DNA of 64,000 bases from an uncultured virus (IMG/VR IMGVR_UViG_3300027734_000046) (taxonomy: Duplodnaviria > Heunggongvirae > Uroviricota > Caudoviricetes): positions 1 to 64,000 of IMG/VR virus record IMGVR_UViG_3300027734_000046; one strand, written 5' to 3'. Of the stretch, positions 1-9,737 are shown piece after piece. The notes beneath the pieces were generated by a model. The model ran no database searches, was not told where the DNA came from, and was given only the letters and a program-made list of their open reading frames with translations. Position numbers and translations under genes: made by a program. The stretch's first letter is position 1. Each line of letters starts with the position of its first letter.

Positions 1-169
1 TATCCGTACCAAAATCTGGATTATATAGTCTTTGACCTTTTCTAGTCAATAATAGATGCATCAGGTCAGCCTTTATTGCTCTTTGTTCGTTATCATTAAG
101 TTTTATAAAAAAACCGTTTGTACTATCCTTAAAGGGGTAGTCAATATTTATAAATTTACCGTTAGCCAT
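1..169 (-). CDS. Baseplate wedge protein, T4 gp25/GPW-like (5' part; runs off window start)
   Basis: Not in ORF track. Manual translation from ATG at 169: MANGKFINIDYPFKDSTNGFFIKLNDNEQRAIKADLMHLLLTRKGQRLYNPDFGTD. LLLTxKGxRxxxPDFGT is the gp25 signature. Confidence 0.9.
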   Translation of the reverse strand, partial: MANGKFINIDYPFKDSTNGFFIKLNDNEQRAIKADLMHLLLTRKGQRLYNPDFGTD

Positions 170-221
170 AATACCTTTTATATGATAAATATGATAATAA
201 TTTATTTTTATAAGTAAATCC

Positions 222-250
222 ATAAAAAAAGGGTCCAATTGGACCCTTTT
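222..250 (-). terminator. Intrinsic terminator after nrdJ
   Basis: Inverted repeat AAAAGGGTCCAATTGGACCCTTTT followed by a U tract on the minus strand, just after the stop codon. Confidence 0.85.
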
Positions 251-269
251 GTATTATTTTTTTATTTTA

Positions 270-2246
270 CTATGCTGTTGTAACCTCACAACCTCCAGCA
301 CCGCAAGCTACTTCTCCAGATAAATTTGTGGAATCGCTTACTTCTATAACCTTTGTTAGGTCAATATCGCGTAAAACTTCCATCATTTTTTCGTATTTTT
401 CCTTATTACAGTCTTCAAAGGGAGCCTGAATATAACTTCCTCCATCATAGGGTAATACTGAAATACCATTAAATGATTCACGATTTTCCCACATCCATTT
501 TCCCACCATTGGCCATTCGTTTATTTTATAAACCAAATTTCCTTTCTCATCTCTTCTATCTTCTTTAATTGGGTTGTTGTTTGAGTCTAAAAGGACTTTA
601 CCATTCTCATCTAATTTAGATAATTTTTCAGTTTCTTTTTTAATAGAAACAGTTACCGACACATTATGTGTGTTTTGACCATCTCTATGCCCAGTCCCAA
701 CCCAATTTTTGTTAAACGTACTTACTCTTTCTAAAAGATTCATTGGTGATTCAAATCTAAAAATAGAACCTTCTGGTGCCTTTACAGGTAATGAAATTAC
801 CGCTTGTTCTTTTGGTTTGAAGTATTCGTCTTCAACTAATTCTGGGTGGTAGATTGAAAGGTATGTGTATATCGATTCGTTTTTACCAACACGTATTCTA
901 CGAACATAATAATCATTATGCCAAGCATGTATTCCAGATGCTGTACCTAATACCAATGAACTAGTTCCAGATGGTTTTACCGTAGTTGTTCTAGCCGCTT
1001 TATTAATACCTATTAATTTAGCAACTCTAGCGTTTTCTTTTAATACAGCCTTTGATGCTAATTCTAAATCATATTTAAGAACCTCTCCAGAACCAATACC
1101 AGTCATTCCAACACCTATTAAAGCGTCTTTCTCTGTTGTACGCTTCCACACATCACGAAGATAATGAAAGTCCGTATAACCAGCTTGTAATGTGCCAATA
1201 AAAGATGCAGCTTTTGCCCTAGCCTCCAAATCTTCTTGTGATTCAATATCTGATACATTAACTTCACAAAGATTACAGAATTGGAATGGTCTTAACCCAA
1301 TCTCACAACAAGGGTTTGTACCCCAATCTTTATCGTTTGAGAAGTATACGCCTGGTTCTCCAGAGTTACTATCTTCAATTTTTTTCCATAATTGGAAGAA
1401 TTTATCTTCAGTTATTTTATGTCTTAAGATAACGGCTGAATTGTTTGCTCTACCTCTCTGTGGATTTAATTCCCACCATGCACCTGATTTAGATGATAAC
1501 ATTTCTTCATCATCAATTGAGAATAATGAAATAAGAGCAGCTCTACGAATACCACCAGTTAATACTGCGTCAGCAATAAAACAAACAACATCGTGACATT
1601 CGATTGGTGATAATTTTTCACCATCATTTTTTGTATCTAATATTTTTTTAATATTGTGAATACAATCTTTAAGTGGTTGTGGGCCAGGGGCTCTACCACC
1701 ACTAGTCACCAACAACGAACCTTTTTGACGAATGTCTGAATAATCAAATTCTGGTGTTGACATACCTTCAAAGTATGACCTCATAAGTGTTTTGATTGCA
1801 TCTGCCCATCCTTCTATGCTATCACCAATAAGATATCTTCTACTTCTAGTTGTATTAGGTTTTCTAATCTCTGGTAATTGGTCCACATGATGTCTTTGTA
1901 CTGAAAATCCAACACCTGTTCCACCTAATAAAAGGAACATAGTTTCACTAAACGCTCTATAGTCATCAATCGGTAAATACGCACAATTGTATATACGATT
2001 TGGGCTAATTTCAATAGATTTTCCGCCAAACTGTAATGACCTCATTGATGGTAATACTTTTTTTGCATAAACAAATTTATATGCCTCTTCAATTTCATCC
2101 ACAATGTGTGGATATTTTTTCTTATGCATTTCTTTGTTTCTTGTTACTAACTCTTCCCAAGTTTCTCTTCTTTGTAGTTCTGGCATGTACTTAGCATATT
2201 TCATATGTACGGTAATATCAGATAAAATTTTTGTTGATAAATCCAT
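270..2246 (-). CDS. nrdJ: Class II (adenosylcobalamin-dependent) ribonucleotide reductase, monomeric RTPR type
   Basis: ETWEE..R, LPSMRSL, YNCAY, GGTGVGFSV, GGIRRAALI, GTNPCCEI (thiyl-radical Cys), VKPSGT, C-terminal CGAGGC redox pair. No beta-subunit gene nearby. Confidence 0.92.
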   Translation of the reverse strand: MDLSTKILSDITVHMKYAKYMPELQRRETWEELVTRNKEMHKKKYPHIVDEIEEAYKFVYAKKVLPSMRSLQFGGKSIEISPNRIYNCAYLPIDDYRAFSETMFLLLGGTGVGFSVQRHHVDQLPEIRKPNTTRSRRYLIGDSIEGWADAIKTLMRSYFEGMSTPEFDYSDIRQKGSLLVTSGGRAPGPQPLKDCIHNIKKILDTKNDGEKLSPIECHDVVCFIADAVLTGGIRRAALISLFSIDDEEMLSSKSGAWWELNPQRGRANNSAVILRHKITEDKFFQLWKKIEDSNSGEPGVYFSNDKDWGTNPCCEIGLRPFQFCNLCEVNVSDIESQEDLEARAKAASFIGTLQAGYTDFHYLRDVWKRTTEKDALIGVGMTGIGSGEVLKYDLELASKAVLKENARVAKLIGINKAARTTTVKPSGTSSLVLGTASGIHAWHNDYYVRRIRVGKNESIYTYLSIYHPELVEDEYFKPKEQAVISLPVKAPEGSIFRFESPMNLLERVSTFNKNWVGTGHRDGQNTHNVSVTVSIKKETEKLSKLDENGKVLLDSNNNPIKEDRRDEKGNLVYKINEWPMVGKWMWENRESFNGISVLPYDGGSYIQAPFEDCNKEKYEKMMEVLRDIDLTKVIEVSDSTNLSGEVACGAGGCEVTTA

Positions 2247-2272
2247 TTTAAATTAAATTTGTTTTTTGGTTT

Positions 2273-3706
2273 TTAATTGTTGTTATTTTCTTCGTCTGAG
2301 ACGTTATCTGTATTGTTAAGAACTTTTTTTCTTTCTTGCATTCCGTTTAATAAACCAGCAACATAGTCGGTAGTTTCTTTTTCTTTCCCTTTATTGAATT
2401 CTCCTTGGGTCCTAGCTTTTTTATTAGGGTTCATATCTATTTGAATTCTAGAATTATCAAAGATTATGTCTTCTAATATTATACCATCCTTAGCAAATCT
2501 AGATTTTAAGATGGCCATGGTAGCCGTTCCATTTTCTTTTTGGTCTAGGGTTTTAGCTATTGAAACAACGAAGTGACCTATTTGTCCTTTCTTGATTGAG
2601 CCACCCATTTGGTCAGATTCAACAACTGTTGCTTTGATTGAACTTCTATTGCCCTGAACAGCGGTCCATCCTGCCATATCTAATTCAGATAATAATGTTT
2701 CAAATTGTCTCATTACATTACCTTCGCCAACATTAACATCATCAAATTTCCTAGATGGTTGTACGCAGTCAATATAATCAACTAAAACGATATCTGGTCT
2801 AAAGCCTTGTGCTATCAACTTTCTAATATAGTTTCTAATAATTGGTATTGTTGTTCCATCACTAGGAAATTTTTTAAGCCTTAGTACACCTTTTTCAGAT
2901 TCTTTTTGTTTAACTAGATTCTTTAATTCATCCTTGTGTAATGATAAGCTATTAAGTTCGTAACCTGACCAACAAGCCAAATGCTTTCTTTGAATAACCT
3001 TTGCGGCATCTTCAAAAAATATTTGCAACACATTGTAACCTAAGTTCTTGGCTGTATTTGCTATCTTGGTAATCATTGTAGTTTTACCAACACCAAATGG
3101 TGCTAATATAATCGCAAGTTCACCTTTTGATAACCCACCATCCATGATTTCATCTAAACCCTTTATACCAGTCGGTATTGGCTTTCTGAAGTCATCTAAT
3201 AGTACGGACTCAATATTTTCTAGAACATTTATGCCATTATCTTTAAGGTCACCATGTTCTAATGCTTTTTTTAATAACTCTTCACACTCATCGTATCTAG
3301 CATCATCACCAACTTCAATAATACTGCTAATTTGCTTGATTGATTTTTTTAATTCTTGTGTTTTGCAAAACTTCATTGCTTTTTCTTGAACACCAAGAGT
3401 ATCATTTAGGCTAACGTCTTTTATTCTCTTTAACTCCGCAAGCGCCCATTTTTTATCAATTTCATTAGTTATAACATCTAGTAGTCTGTATTCTAGACTA
3501 CCGATATCTATTATAATGTTATGTTTTGCATAGGCCTCCTTTATTGTTGAAACAATAAGTTTTAGCGCATTACCCTCAAAATAGTTTGCATCAATTATTT
3601 CAATTATTGATTCGGCAAATCTGTTGTCAACAAGAAGTTGTGCGATTAGTCTAAGTTGAAAATCATCCCCTAGATACCCAAAACCTTCTCTATTTATTTT
3701 TGCCAT
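2273..3706 (-). CDS. Replicative DNA helicase (DnaB / T4 gp41 family)
   Basis: IPTGIKGLD..MDGGL, Walker A APFGVGKT, Walker B VLVDYID, WTAVQGNR, KSRF arginine finger. Confidence 0.93.
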   Translation of the reverse strand: MAKINREGFGYLGDDFQLRLIAQLLVDNRFAESIIEIIDANYFEGNALKLIVSTIKEAYAKHNIIIDIGSLEYRLLDVITNEIDKKWALAELKRIKDVSLNDTLGVQEKAMKFCKTQELKKSIKQISSIIEVGDDARYDECEELLKKALEHGDLKDNGINVLENIESVLLDDFRKPIPTGIKGLDEIMDGGLSKGELAIILAPFGVGKTTMITKIANTAKNLGYNVLQIFFEDAAKVIQRKHLACWSGYELNSLSLHKDELKNLVKQKESEKGVLRLKKFPSDGTTIPIIRNYIRKLIAQGFRPDIVLVDYIDCVQPSRKFDDVNVGEGNVMRQFETLLSELDMAGWTAVQGNRSSIKATVVESDQMGGSIKKGQIGHFVVSIAKTLDQKENGTATMAILKSRFAKDGIILEDIIFDNSRIQIDMNPNKKARTQGEFNKGKEKETTDYVAGLLNGMQERKKVLNNTDNVSDEENNNN

Positions 3707-3750
3707 TTAATATTAACTTTTTTTGAAAACTTGTGATTTTTATAAATATA

Positions 3751-4230
3751 TTAAAGTTGCACATCGGCATACTTTGTTGTGTATTTTTTTTGACTTAACG
3801 TGTCCTTGATATCAGATATGATGTTGGGTATTAATTCTTTAATATCTACTTGATACCTTACTTGTGGCGGAAAATTATTTCCAGAAAACGTGCTCTGTGC
3901 AATAGGGTTTTTGTCCACTCTAATCTCAAAATCAAAAATATCTTCTTTTTCAAAAATGTTTTTATATGGTTCTTCTTTTGAGGGCGCATATGGATTGTAA
4001 AATTTGTATAGATACTCACGCGATTTCTTTTTTAAATGGTTAGGAATCATACCCATAGCACCAAAATCGTCATTGCTCATACCTACGATTCTGTCCATCA
4101 ACTCTTTTAAATCTAATGATTTTGTTGAATTTTCATTATAGTCTCTGATACTAAAATATCTTTGACAAATAATGTGCTTGTTGATGTACAACAAGAATTC
4201 AAATCTCTGTTCTTCAATTTTTTTGTTCAT
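3751..4230 (-). CDS. Hypothetical protein in the replication operon (probable start ATG 4230, MNKKIEEQ)
   Basis: Tightly packed ORF between exonuclease and helicase. The ATG at 4230 avoids overlap with the upstream gene and has an A-rich leader. Confidence 0.75.
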   Translation of the reverse strand: MNKKIEEQRFEFLLYINKHIICQRYFSIRDYNENSTKSLDLKELMDRIVGMSNDDFGAMGMIPNHLKKKSREYLYKFYNPYAPSKEEPYKNIFEKEDIFDFEIRVDKNPIAQSTFSGNNFPPQVRYQVDIKELIPNIISDIKDTLSQKKYTTKYADVQL

Positions 4231-4243
4231 AATGTTTGTTTTT

Positions 4244-5293
4244 TTAATTTGTTTGTTTAATCTCTCGTTCAATTAATTGTTTAAATGGTATTAAATAGTC
4301 AGCATATCTATAAGAACCTATTGTTTTTTCTAACCCATCAACCTTCATTTGTTTTAAGACATTTTTAAGACCCCTATCATCCATATTAAACTCACCATCA
4401 ATTAGTTCGTTTAATTGTTCAATAGCCTCATTGGTTATTAACGGGTTATTTAAATCAACCAAAGCAGTATTTATTTCGTAAAGTTTATCACCCTGTACAC
4501 CATCAGTAATGCCATTGATAATATTATCTAACGATTTTAATGGTTTTTGTTTGGAATTTAATCTTTCTTCCTGTAAAGATTTTGCTGATTCGATTAAGAA
4601 ATCTAATGTAACTTTCTTGGTTTTGATATCGGGAAATAAAGCTATTAGCGTTGCTTCTTTTACACCCTTCACACCTTTGATAGTATCGCTATTATCACCA
4701 GTAATAATCTTTATTAGTGCAGAATTTTCGTGGTAATGATTAAAATGGTTTGAGTAGTTGTTGGTATCAACGTATGTTTTTAAATCACAAAAATATATTC
4801 TAACCCTTTCAGATATCAACTGACACATATCTCTATCAGTGGTACAGATAGTTATGAATTCATTTTCACCCCTATTTAAACAATAATAACCGATAAAATC
4901 ATCACTCTCAACAAATTCATGTTGTGTTTGTCTAATACAAAGTTCTTCCAAATAATCCCGTATCATATTTTTCTGTTTGATTTCGGATTCATCGGGTTCA
5001 GTACCTTCGATATAATTTTTACCACGACCACTTTTATATGGTTCGTATATGTTATACCTTAGTTTACCACTAAACTTGCCATCCCAAAAAACATAAACTC
5101 TATGATATAGATTTTCACCTAATAGCTTACGCAATATAGTTAAAAACTGATATAACCCACCTATGTGTTCTCCACGATGGTTATATTCACTCTTGGCTCC
5201 GTGAAAACCAAATTTAAATAAGGCATTCCCGTCAACCAAGAGTGTATTTATAACTTTAATTCGTTCACCATTTTTTGGTGGTCTTTTGTTCAA
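4244..5293 (-). CDS. 5'-3' exonuclease / flap endonuclease (T4 RNase H / PolI N-terminal family)
   Basis: LLVDGN, VFWDG, YKSGR, ESDDFIG, TTDRDMCQL, GDNSDTIKGVKGV (H3TH). TTG start. Confidence 0.92.
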   Translation of the reverse strand: MNKRPPKNGERIKVINTLLVDGNALFKFGFHGAKSEYNHRGEHIGGLYQFLTILRKLLGENLYHRVYVFWDGKFSGKLRYNIYEPYKSGRGKNYIEGTEPDESEIKQKNMIRDYLEELCIRQTQHEFVESDDFIGYYCLNRGENEFITICTTDRDMCQLISERVRIYFCDLKTYVDTNNYSNHFNHYHENSALIKIITGDNSDTIKGVKGVKEATLIALFPDIKTKKVTLDFLIESAKSLQEERLNSKQKPLKSLDNIINGITDGVQGDKLYEINTALVDLNNPLITNEAIEQLNELIDGEFNMDDRGLKNVLKQMKVDGLEKTIGSYRYADYLIPFKQLIEREIKQTN

Positions 5294-5323
5294 AACTTAA
5301 TTGTTAATGAGTGAAAAAATGTT

Positions 5324-6418
5324 TTAATCGCCTGTTTCAACACTACCTGAAATTAATTCAGTCTCAATGACAAAGTCGTCATATTCTGTGTTTAACTTTT
5401 CTTTGATAAAATCTTTGTGTATCTCTTTGTAAGAGTCAATTTTGTCAGGGTTCCAATATCCGTGAGGTGTAGATGCAATGCTACCTTTTTGTTCAATACC
5501 ATTTACCTGATTCTTTTCACAACGAATTTTTGTAACGATACCAAATTGGTATTCTTCACCTTTGTATGTTGCTTTTAATTTTTCAGTACTATGTGTTAAG
5601 ATACCACCAAAATGGAATATCATTCTTGGAGCGTAGAAGAAAGCTTCACCGCCTTTGTGTTTGATAACTTTGTTTTCATTATCCAACCAAATCTGTTGAA
5701 CAACGGCAAAGCTTGCTGTGTATGGTACGTCTTCTCTTCTAGACGCTGGAATACGATAGTTGATTAATGACTTAAAACATGTTGCTAACGCACCTGCAGT
5801 CCATTGGTTGTTAGTTGTTTTAGATGTGGCACCCTTAAAGCAGTTGATTGAACCAACTGAATCCCAAAAGAACGCAACATCTCTAGGTAATGAACCCTCT
5901 TGTTGTTTATCCAATATGAAATGCATGTATGTTGATATGTCTTCAACAACAGGTTCATATCTTAGTGCTTTGGTCCCCATCTTGCTATGCTGATGGTCGT
6001 AGTTTTGATATTTTTTTAATAGGTCTGGACCTTGCATAAAGATGAAGTCACCTTTATAGTTAATAATCTCACCAGTATCAGGGTCAACAACTTCTTCAAA
6101 TTGCATACCAATGTTTCTAGCATGTTCCCAATTCCAGTTATTTTCAGTTTCAAAAATTATTGGTAACACGCCAATCTTTTGACAACCTGCAACGGCCTCA
6201 TAGATTGAAGTTGATTTACCAGTATTTGAATATCCTCTGAATGATACAAAATAACCCATCGGAATCCCAGGCACTTTTACAGCCTCGTGAAAAGCTTCTG
6301 ACAATGGAATCCATTGTATTTCTTTCTCTTTAACCGTAAAATCTAACCCTTCACTCTCTTTAAATGAATCGATATTAAACGATTTTTTTTCAATAATTTT
6401 TTTCGGCTTTGTGCCCAT
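5324..6418 (-). CDS. uvsX: RecA/UvsX-like recombinase
   Basis: GIPMG, Walker A GYSNTGKS, ETE catalytic Glu, Walker B FFWDSVG, GGEAFFY, CEKNQ. Adjacent to the gp32-like SSB. Confidence 0.85.
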   Translation of the reverse strand: MGTKPKKIIEKKSFNIDSFKESEGLDFTVKEKEIQWIPLSEAFHEAVKVPGIPMGYFVSFRGYSNTGKSTSIYEAVAGCQKIGVLPIIFETENNWNWEHARNIGMQFEEVVDPDTGEIINYKGDFIFMQGPDLLKKYQNYDHQHSKMGTKALRYEPVVEDISTYMHFILDKQQEGSLPRDVAFFWDSVGSINCFKGATSKTTNNQWTAGALATCFKSLINYRIPASRREDVPYTASFAVVQQIWLDNENKVIKHKGGEAFFYAPRMIFHFGGILTHSTEKLKATYKGEEYQFGIVTKIRCEKNQVNGIEQKGSIASTPHGYWNPDKIDSYKEIHKDFIKEKLNTEYDDFVIETELISGSVETGD

Positions 6419-6455
6419 ATGTATGTTGTTAAAAATAATATTATTTAGATAATAA

Positions 6456-6485
6456 AGAATGGGTAGTTATGTACCACCCATTCTT
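6456..6485 (-). terminator. Stem-loop after the SSB gene (terminator or processing site)
   Basis: Inverted repeat AAGAATGGGT...ACCCATTCTT between the SSB and uvsX genes. Confidence 0.6.
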
Positions 6486-6496
6486 ATTATAAATTA

Positions 6497-7432
6497 TTAG
6501 AACGGCAAATCGTCGTTTACATCTTTTTCACCTTCATTATCATCATCATCATCATCATCAGGCTCAGTAACTTTAATAGATGGTGCAGTTTTTTTTGAAG
6601 CTGCGGTAACGTTTGACTTAACGTTTGGTGTTCCTAATGTTAATTCTTCATCTAGGCCGTCGCTTTCTTGTGTTGTTAAAGAAGCTTTATCCACGAATTT
6701 TTTTGCTTCTTTATCCCAAGTAGGTACACCGCCTTTAACGATAATCTCAAGATAGTCGTATGGTTTAACACTGTATACATCTTCCCAAGTTCTAGAATCT
6801 GATAACCATTCAGCTGAAACTTCAGCATCTTCAGAAAGTGGTGATGGGTCTAAATGAGAAATACTCTGAACAATTGGACGATTGTTTTGGTCTCTAGCAA
6901 TCATAACCATCAAATCTCTACCAGTCTGTGCATCAGTAATGTTTTGTTTAATCGCAGTCAAAACACCATAGATTTTGTCATAGATACCTTGTTTGCGGTA
7001 GTCATGGTTAAAACGCCAGAATTTAACACCATCAGCTTCATTATCTCTATCGATAATTTTTACAACGTACATTTTTTTAGCACTGTATTTTTTAGCTAAC
7101 TCTTTATCTGAATCCTTGCCAGAAGCTAAAAGTGCTTCACGAGCTTCGCAGAAAGGACAGTCTTCATCTTTTTCGTGCTTTAAACACATAAATGTTTTCC
7201 ATTCTCCGTCAACCTGCATTTTGTGTCCGTGAACTTCTTTAAATGGTGTTGAGCCGTCAGAGGTAGGTAATACTCTGATTGTTTTAGTAGCTGTTTTTTG
7301 TTTGTCAGAAAGGTACGTTGTGAAGTAGTTCTTCAAATCATACTCTTTAGCTGAATTGTTTTTAGCATAAGAACTAGAATTGTTCTCATACTGTTTCATC
7401 ATCGCTTCAAATTGCGCATCTTGTTTACTCAT
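6497..7432 (-). CDS. Single-stranded DNA-binding protein, T4 gp32-like
   Basis: IRVLP, H..H..C..CPFCE zinc-binding motif, GRDL, acidic tail ending DDLPF. Confidence 0.9.
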   Translation of the reverse strand: MSKQDAQFEAMMKQYENNSSSYAKNNSAKEYDLKNYFTTYLSDKQKTATKTIRVLPTSDGSTPFKEVHGHKMQVDGEWKTFMCLKHEKDEDCPFCEAREALLASGKDSDKELAKKYSAKKMYVVKIIDRDNEADGVKFWRFNHDYRKQGIYDKIYGVLTAIKQNITDAQTGRDLMVMIARDQNNRPIVQSISHLDPSPLSEDAEVSAEWLSDSRTWEDVYSVKPYDYLEIIVKGGVPTWDKEAKKFVDKASLTTQESDGLDEELTLGTPNVKSNVTAASKKTAPSIKVTEPDDDDDDDNEGEKDVNDDLPF

Positions 7433-7485
7433 AATTGTTGTTTTTTAAAATATATGTAGATGTTATTTACTCGTTTTTAATTATA

Positions 7486-7590
7486 CAAATATACGAAAAA
7501 TTCGGGAAAAGTCAAGTAGCGGGAAAACTTTTTAAGTTAAAAATATTACATCAATAAAGCAAATATACTAACTTAATTAACATAGTGCAA
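7486..7590 (-). promoter_or_regulatory. Two tandem Bacteroidetes-type sigma70 promoters upstream of the SSB operon
   Basis: TTG(7515-7513)-N19-TATATTTG(7493-7486) and TTG(7590-7588)-N20-TATATTTG(7567-7560). Both match the -33 TTG / -7 TAnnTTTG consensus. Confidence 0.8.
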
Positions 7591-7592
7591 AT

Positions 7593-7624
7593 AAAAAAGG
7601 GATGTTTTTTAACACCCCTTTTTT
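7593..7624 (-). terminator. Intrinsic terminator
   Basis: Imperfect AAAAAAGGG...CCCTTTTTT hairpin with flanking A/T tracts after the 7647-8465 gene. Confidence 0.7.
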
Positions 7625-7646
7625 GTACTTTATTTACTTATTATGC

Positions 7647-8465
7647 TTATACGTCTTCTTCTTCGTAGTCTTCTGGAACATCAAATGTTTTTTTGATTGA
7701 TGTGTCTACAACTCCGCCTGTATCTATATCATCTTTTTTTAAGATGTATTCTTTAGGTTTTTGTTCTCCAGTTGCGTCATACCCATCAACATCTTTCCAA
7801 TAGTCGGTTAATTTTATATTGTACGGGAAAGAATCCATAGACCTCATTTCTAATTTTTCTACAGGTGTTGGGTTTCTTTTTACAATTTCTTTTTCAAGCG
7901 TATCAATTTTACTAGCTATTGAATCCATAGCAGCAACTCTTTGTTCTAAATCATTAAATTTATTTAAAAGTTCTGTTGTTTTTAAAAAACTTAAATCGGC
8001 AGATTTTTTAGCATCTTCACCACTCTTAACAAGTTGTGTTACGTCAATATCAACTTCTTCTTCCGCACCAGCATCCTCGGTTCCAGCATCTTCCGTGCCA
8101 GCGTCATCGGCGCCTGCGTCATCAGTTCCAGCATCTTCGGTTCCAGCATCTTCGGTTCCAGCATCTTCAGTTCCATCGTCTTCAGTTCCATCGTCTTCAG
8201 TTCCAAACATATTTGAATCGTCAGTATCAGCTTCCGCACCCGCATCAGCACCAGCCTCGGCACCTGCTTCTGCTCCAGCTTCTGCTCCAGCCTCGGCAGT
8301 TTTTGAATCATCAACTGGTTCTTCATCAGCTTCCTCTAGATTAGAACCTAAGATTAAATCATCTTCTGTTCCTTTAGGTTCTTCTGTATAAAATGAATAT
8401 TCAGATAAGAGTCTAAATTTTTTAAGCTCTTCGTTTAGTAATTTTTGATTAATTTTCTTAGCCAT
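7647..8465 (-). CDS. Acidic low-complexity/coiled-coil protein, possible prohead scaffold or internal protein
   Basis: N-terminal LLNEELKKFRLLSEY leader, AEAG and TEDAG repeats, coiled-coil segment. Function is inferred. Confidence 0.55.
   Translation of the reverse strand: MAKKINQKLLNEELKKFRLLSEYSFYTEEPKGTEDDLILGSNLEEADEEPVDDSKTAEAGAEAGAEAGAEAGADAGAEADTDDSNMFGTEDDGTEDDGTEDAGTEDAGTEDAGTDDAGADDAGTEDAGTEDAGAEEEVDIDVTQLVKSGEDAKKSADLSFLKTTELLNKFNDLEQRVAAMDSIASKIDTLEKEIVKRNPTPVEKLEMRSMDSFPYNIKLTDYWKDVDGYDATGEQKPKEYILKKDDIDTGGVVDTSIKKTFDVPEDYEEEDV
8066..8298. repeat. In-frame tandem repeats: ~9 x 15 nt (TEDAG/TEDDG) and ~5-6 x 12 nt (AEAG)
   Basis: Units such as ttccagcatcttcgg and tctgctccagct are directly visible. 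Confidence 0.9.
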
Positions 8466-8466
8466 A

Positions 8467-8661
8467 TTAAGTTAATAATTGTCTTCCGTCTTCTGTTATT
8501 ATCTTTTTGTTGATTCTTTCTAAAATGCTTTTATCATTTTTGATAATGCAAACACCTGAGCTGCAATCCATTTCTTGATTTGACTCGTCTAGTGTTGGTT
8601 TTTCACCTAAAAAACTATCCATAGCTTTTTTAAGGTTTTTTTCATTAGTTTCGTTATACAT
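8467..8661 (-). CDS. Small hypothetical protein
   Basis: 64 aa, ATATTTAT motif upstream (8693-8700), stop 1 nt before the next gene. Ends in KKIITEDGRQLL. Confidence 0.75.
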   Translation of the reverse strand: MYNETNEKNLKKAMDSFLGEKPTLDESNQEMDCSSGVCIIKNDKSILERINKKIITEDGRQLLT

Positions 8662-8710
8662 AAAATTTATTTTTTTGTAAATTATTATACTAATAAATAT
8701 CTTAAATTAA

Positions 8711-9112
8711 TTAAAAAACTCGTTTTAAATCCAAAAGTACCAATTCTTTCTTATCTATCAGTATCATTTTGTCTTGATACTCAGACCAATCTACTTGATA
8801 CGACTTGTAATCTATATTACCAATGTCATCACCAAATTTAGATTCGATAAGTTTGTTTAGGGCATTTATAGTGTAAAACGCTGTACCTTTTTTGTGGACG
8901 ATTATGGCGTTAGGAAAGAAATTTTTAAGGTCTATTTTTTTACCCTCAGGTAATAATAATTTAAAAGTTAGTATGATTTTTGAGTCGTCATTTATATTAT
9001 TATAACAGAAGACTTTATCTTTTGTTACATTAAATTTTGTATCTAAATAATTTAGAAACCAATCTAATCGTTCTGGAAATATAAAGGACGCTAATAATAT
9101 TGATTTATTCAT
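8711..9112 (-). CDS. Hypothetical protein
   Basis: ORF overlaps the upstream gene by 8 nt. Contains an HKK...YTINALN motif; function unknown. Confidence 0.75.
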   Translation of the reverse strand: MNKSILLASFIFPERLDWFLNYLDTKFNVTKDKVFCYNNINDDSKIILTFKLLLPEGKKIDLKNFFPNAIIVHKKGTAFYTINALNKLIESKFGDDIGNIDYKSYQVDWSEYQDKMILIDKKELVLLDLKRVF

Positions 9113-9701
9113 TTTCTATAGAGTATAAGTATGGAATGTACTTGACCTGATTATCAAGGTTTTCAATTCTAGTTTTATACTCAATAAATATCATATTTTT
9201 TTCTAAAAACACTTTACTTTTATTCTTTATTTTCAATAAGAATTTTTCAACATTCAAACCAATAAACTCAATAAGTTCTAAATCAAAACCAAATATAAAA
9301 TTATCAAAATATGTATATACCATTCTATCATGTCTATACGATATGATGTTGTTTGTTTTGTTAATCTTTTTTAATAGTTTTATGATTGTTTTTCTATCAA
9401 ATATAATTGGGTCGATGAATGTGTATTTGATATCTTTGGTAAGTTGTTTGTAAACTCTTTCAACAAAATTGTATATGTCTTCTTCGTGTAGTTCTCTTCT
9501 TTCGGTTTTTTTAAATGTCCAATATAGATTGTCGGATAATTTTCTATCTATGATGTCGTAGTCTGGATAATGTTTCTTGATGTAATCCCATCCAATGATT
9601 AACGTGGGTAATCCCTGAACCGTTAGGTCCAAGGATTTAACCACATTAAAATCACAAGAAACATTTACATTAGCAACTGAAACAATATTCGCTATAAGCA
9701 T
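9105..9701 (-). CDS. Hypothetical protein (probably leaderless mRNA)
   Basis: 198-aa ORF whose ATG lies 4 nt after a TATATTTG -7 element. Confidence 0.75.
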   Translation of the reverse strand: MLIANIVSVANVNVSCDFNVVKSLDLTVQGLPTLIIGWDYIKKHYPDYDIIDRKLSDNLYWTFKKTERRELHEEDIYNFVERVYKQLTKDIKYTFIDPIIFDRKTIIKLLKKINKTNNIISYRHDRMVYTYFDNFIFGFDLELIEFIGLNVEKFLLKIKNKSKVFLEKNMIFIEYKTRIENLDNQVKYIPYLYSIENE

Positions 9702-9705
9702 AACG

Positions 9706-9735
9706 CAAATATACGAAAAGTATTTTAAAAGTCAA
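9706..9735 (-). promoter_or_regulatory. Bacteroidetes-type promoter
   Basis: TTG(9735-9733)-N19-TATATTTG(9713-9706). Confidence 0.8.
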
Positions 9736-9737
9736 AA

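Noticed and set aside
7819..8391. Antisense and alternative-frame ORFs over the acidic repeat gene
   Set aside because: By-products of stop-free tandem repeats; no promoter or protein-like features.
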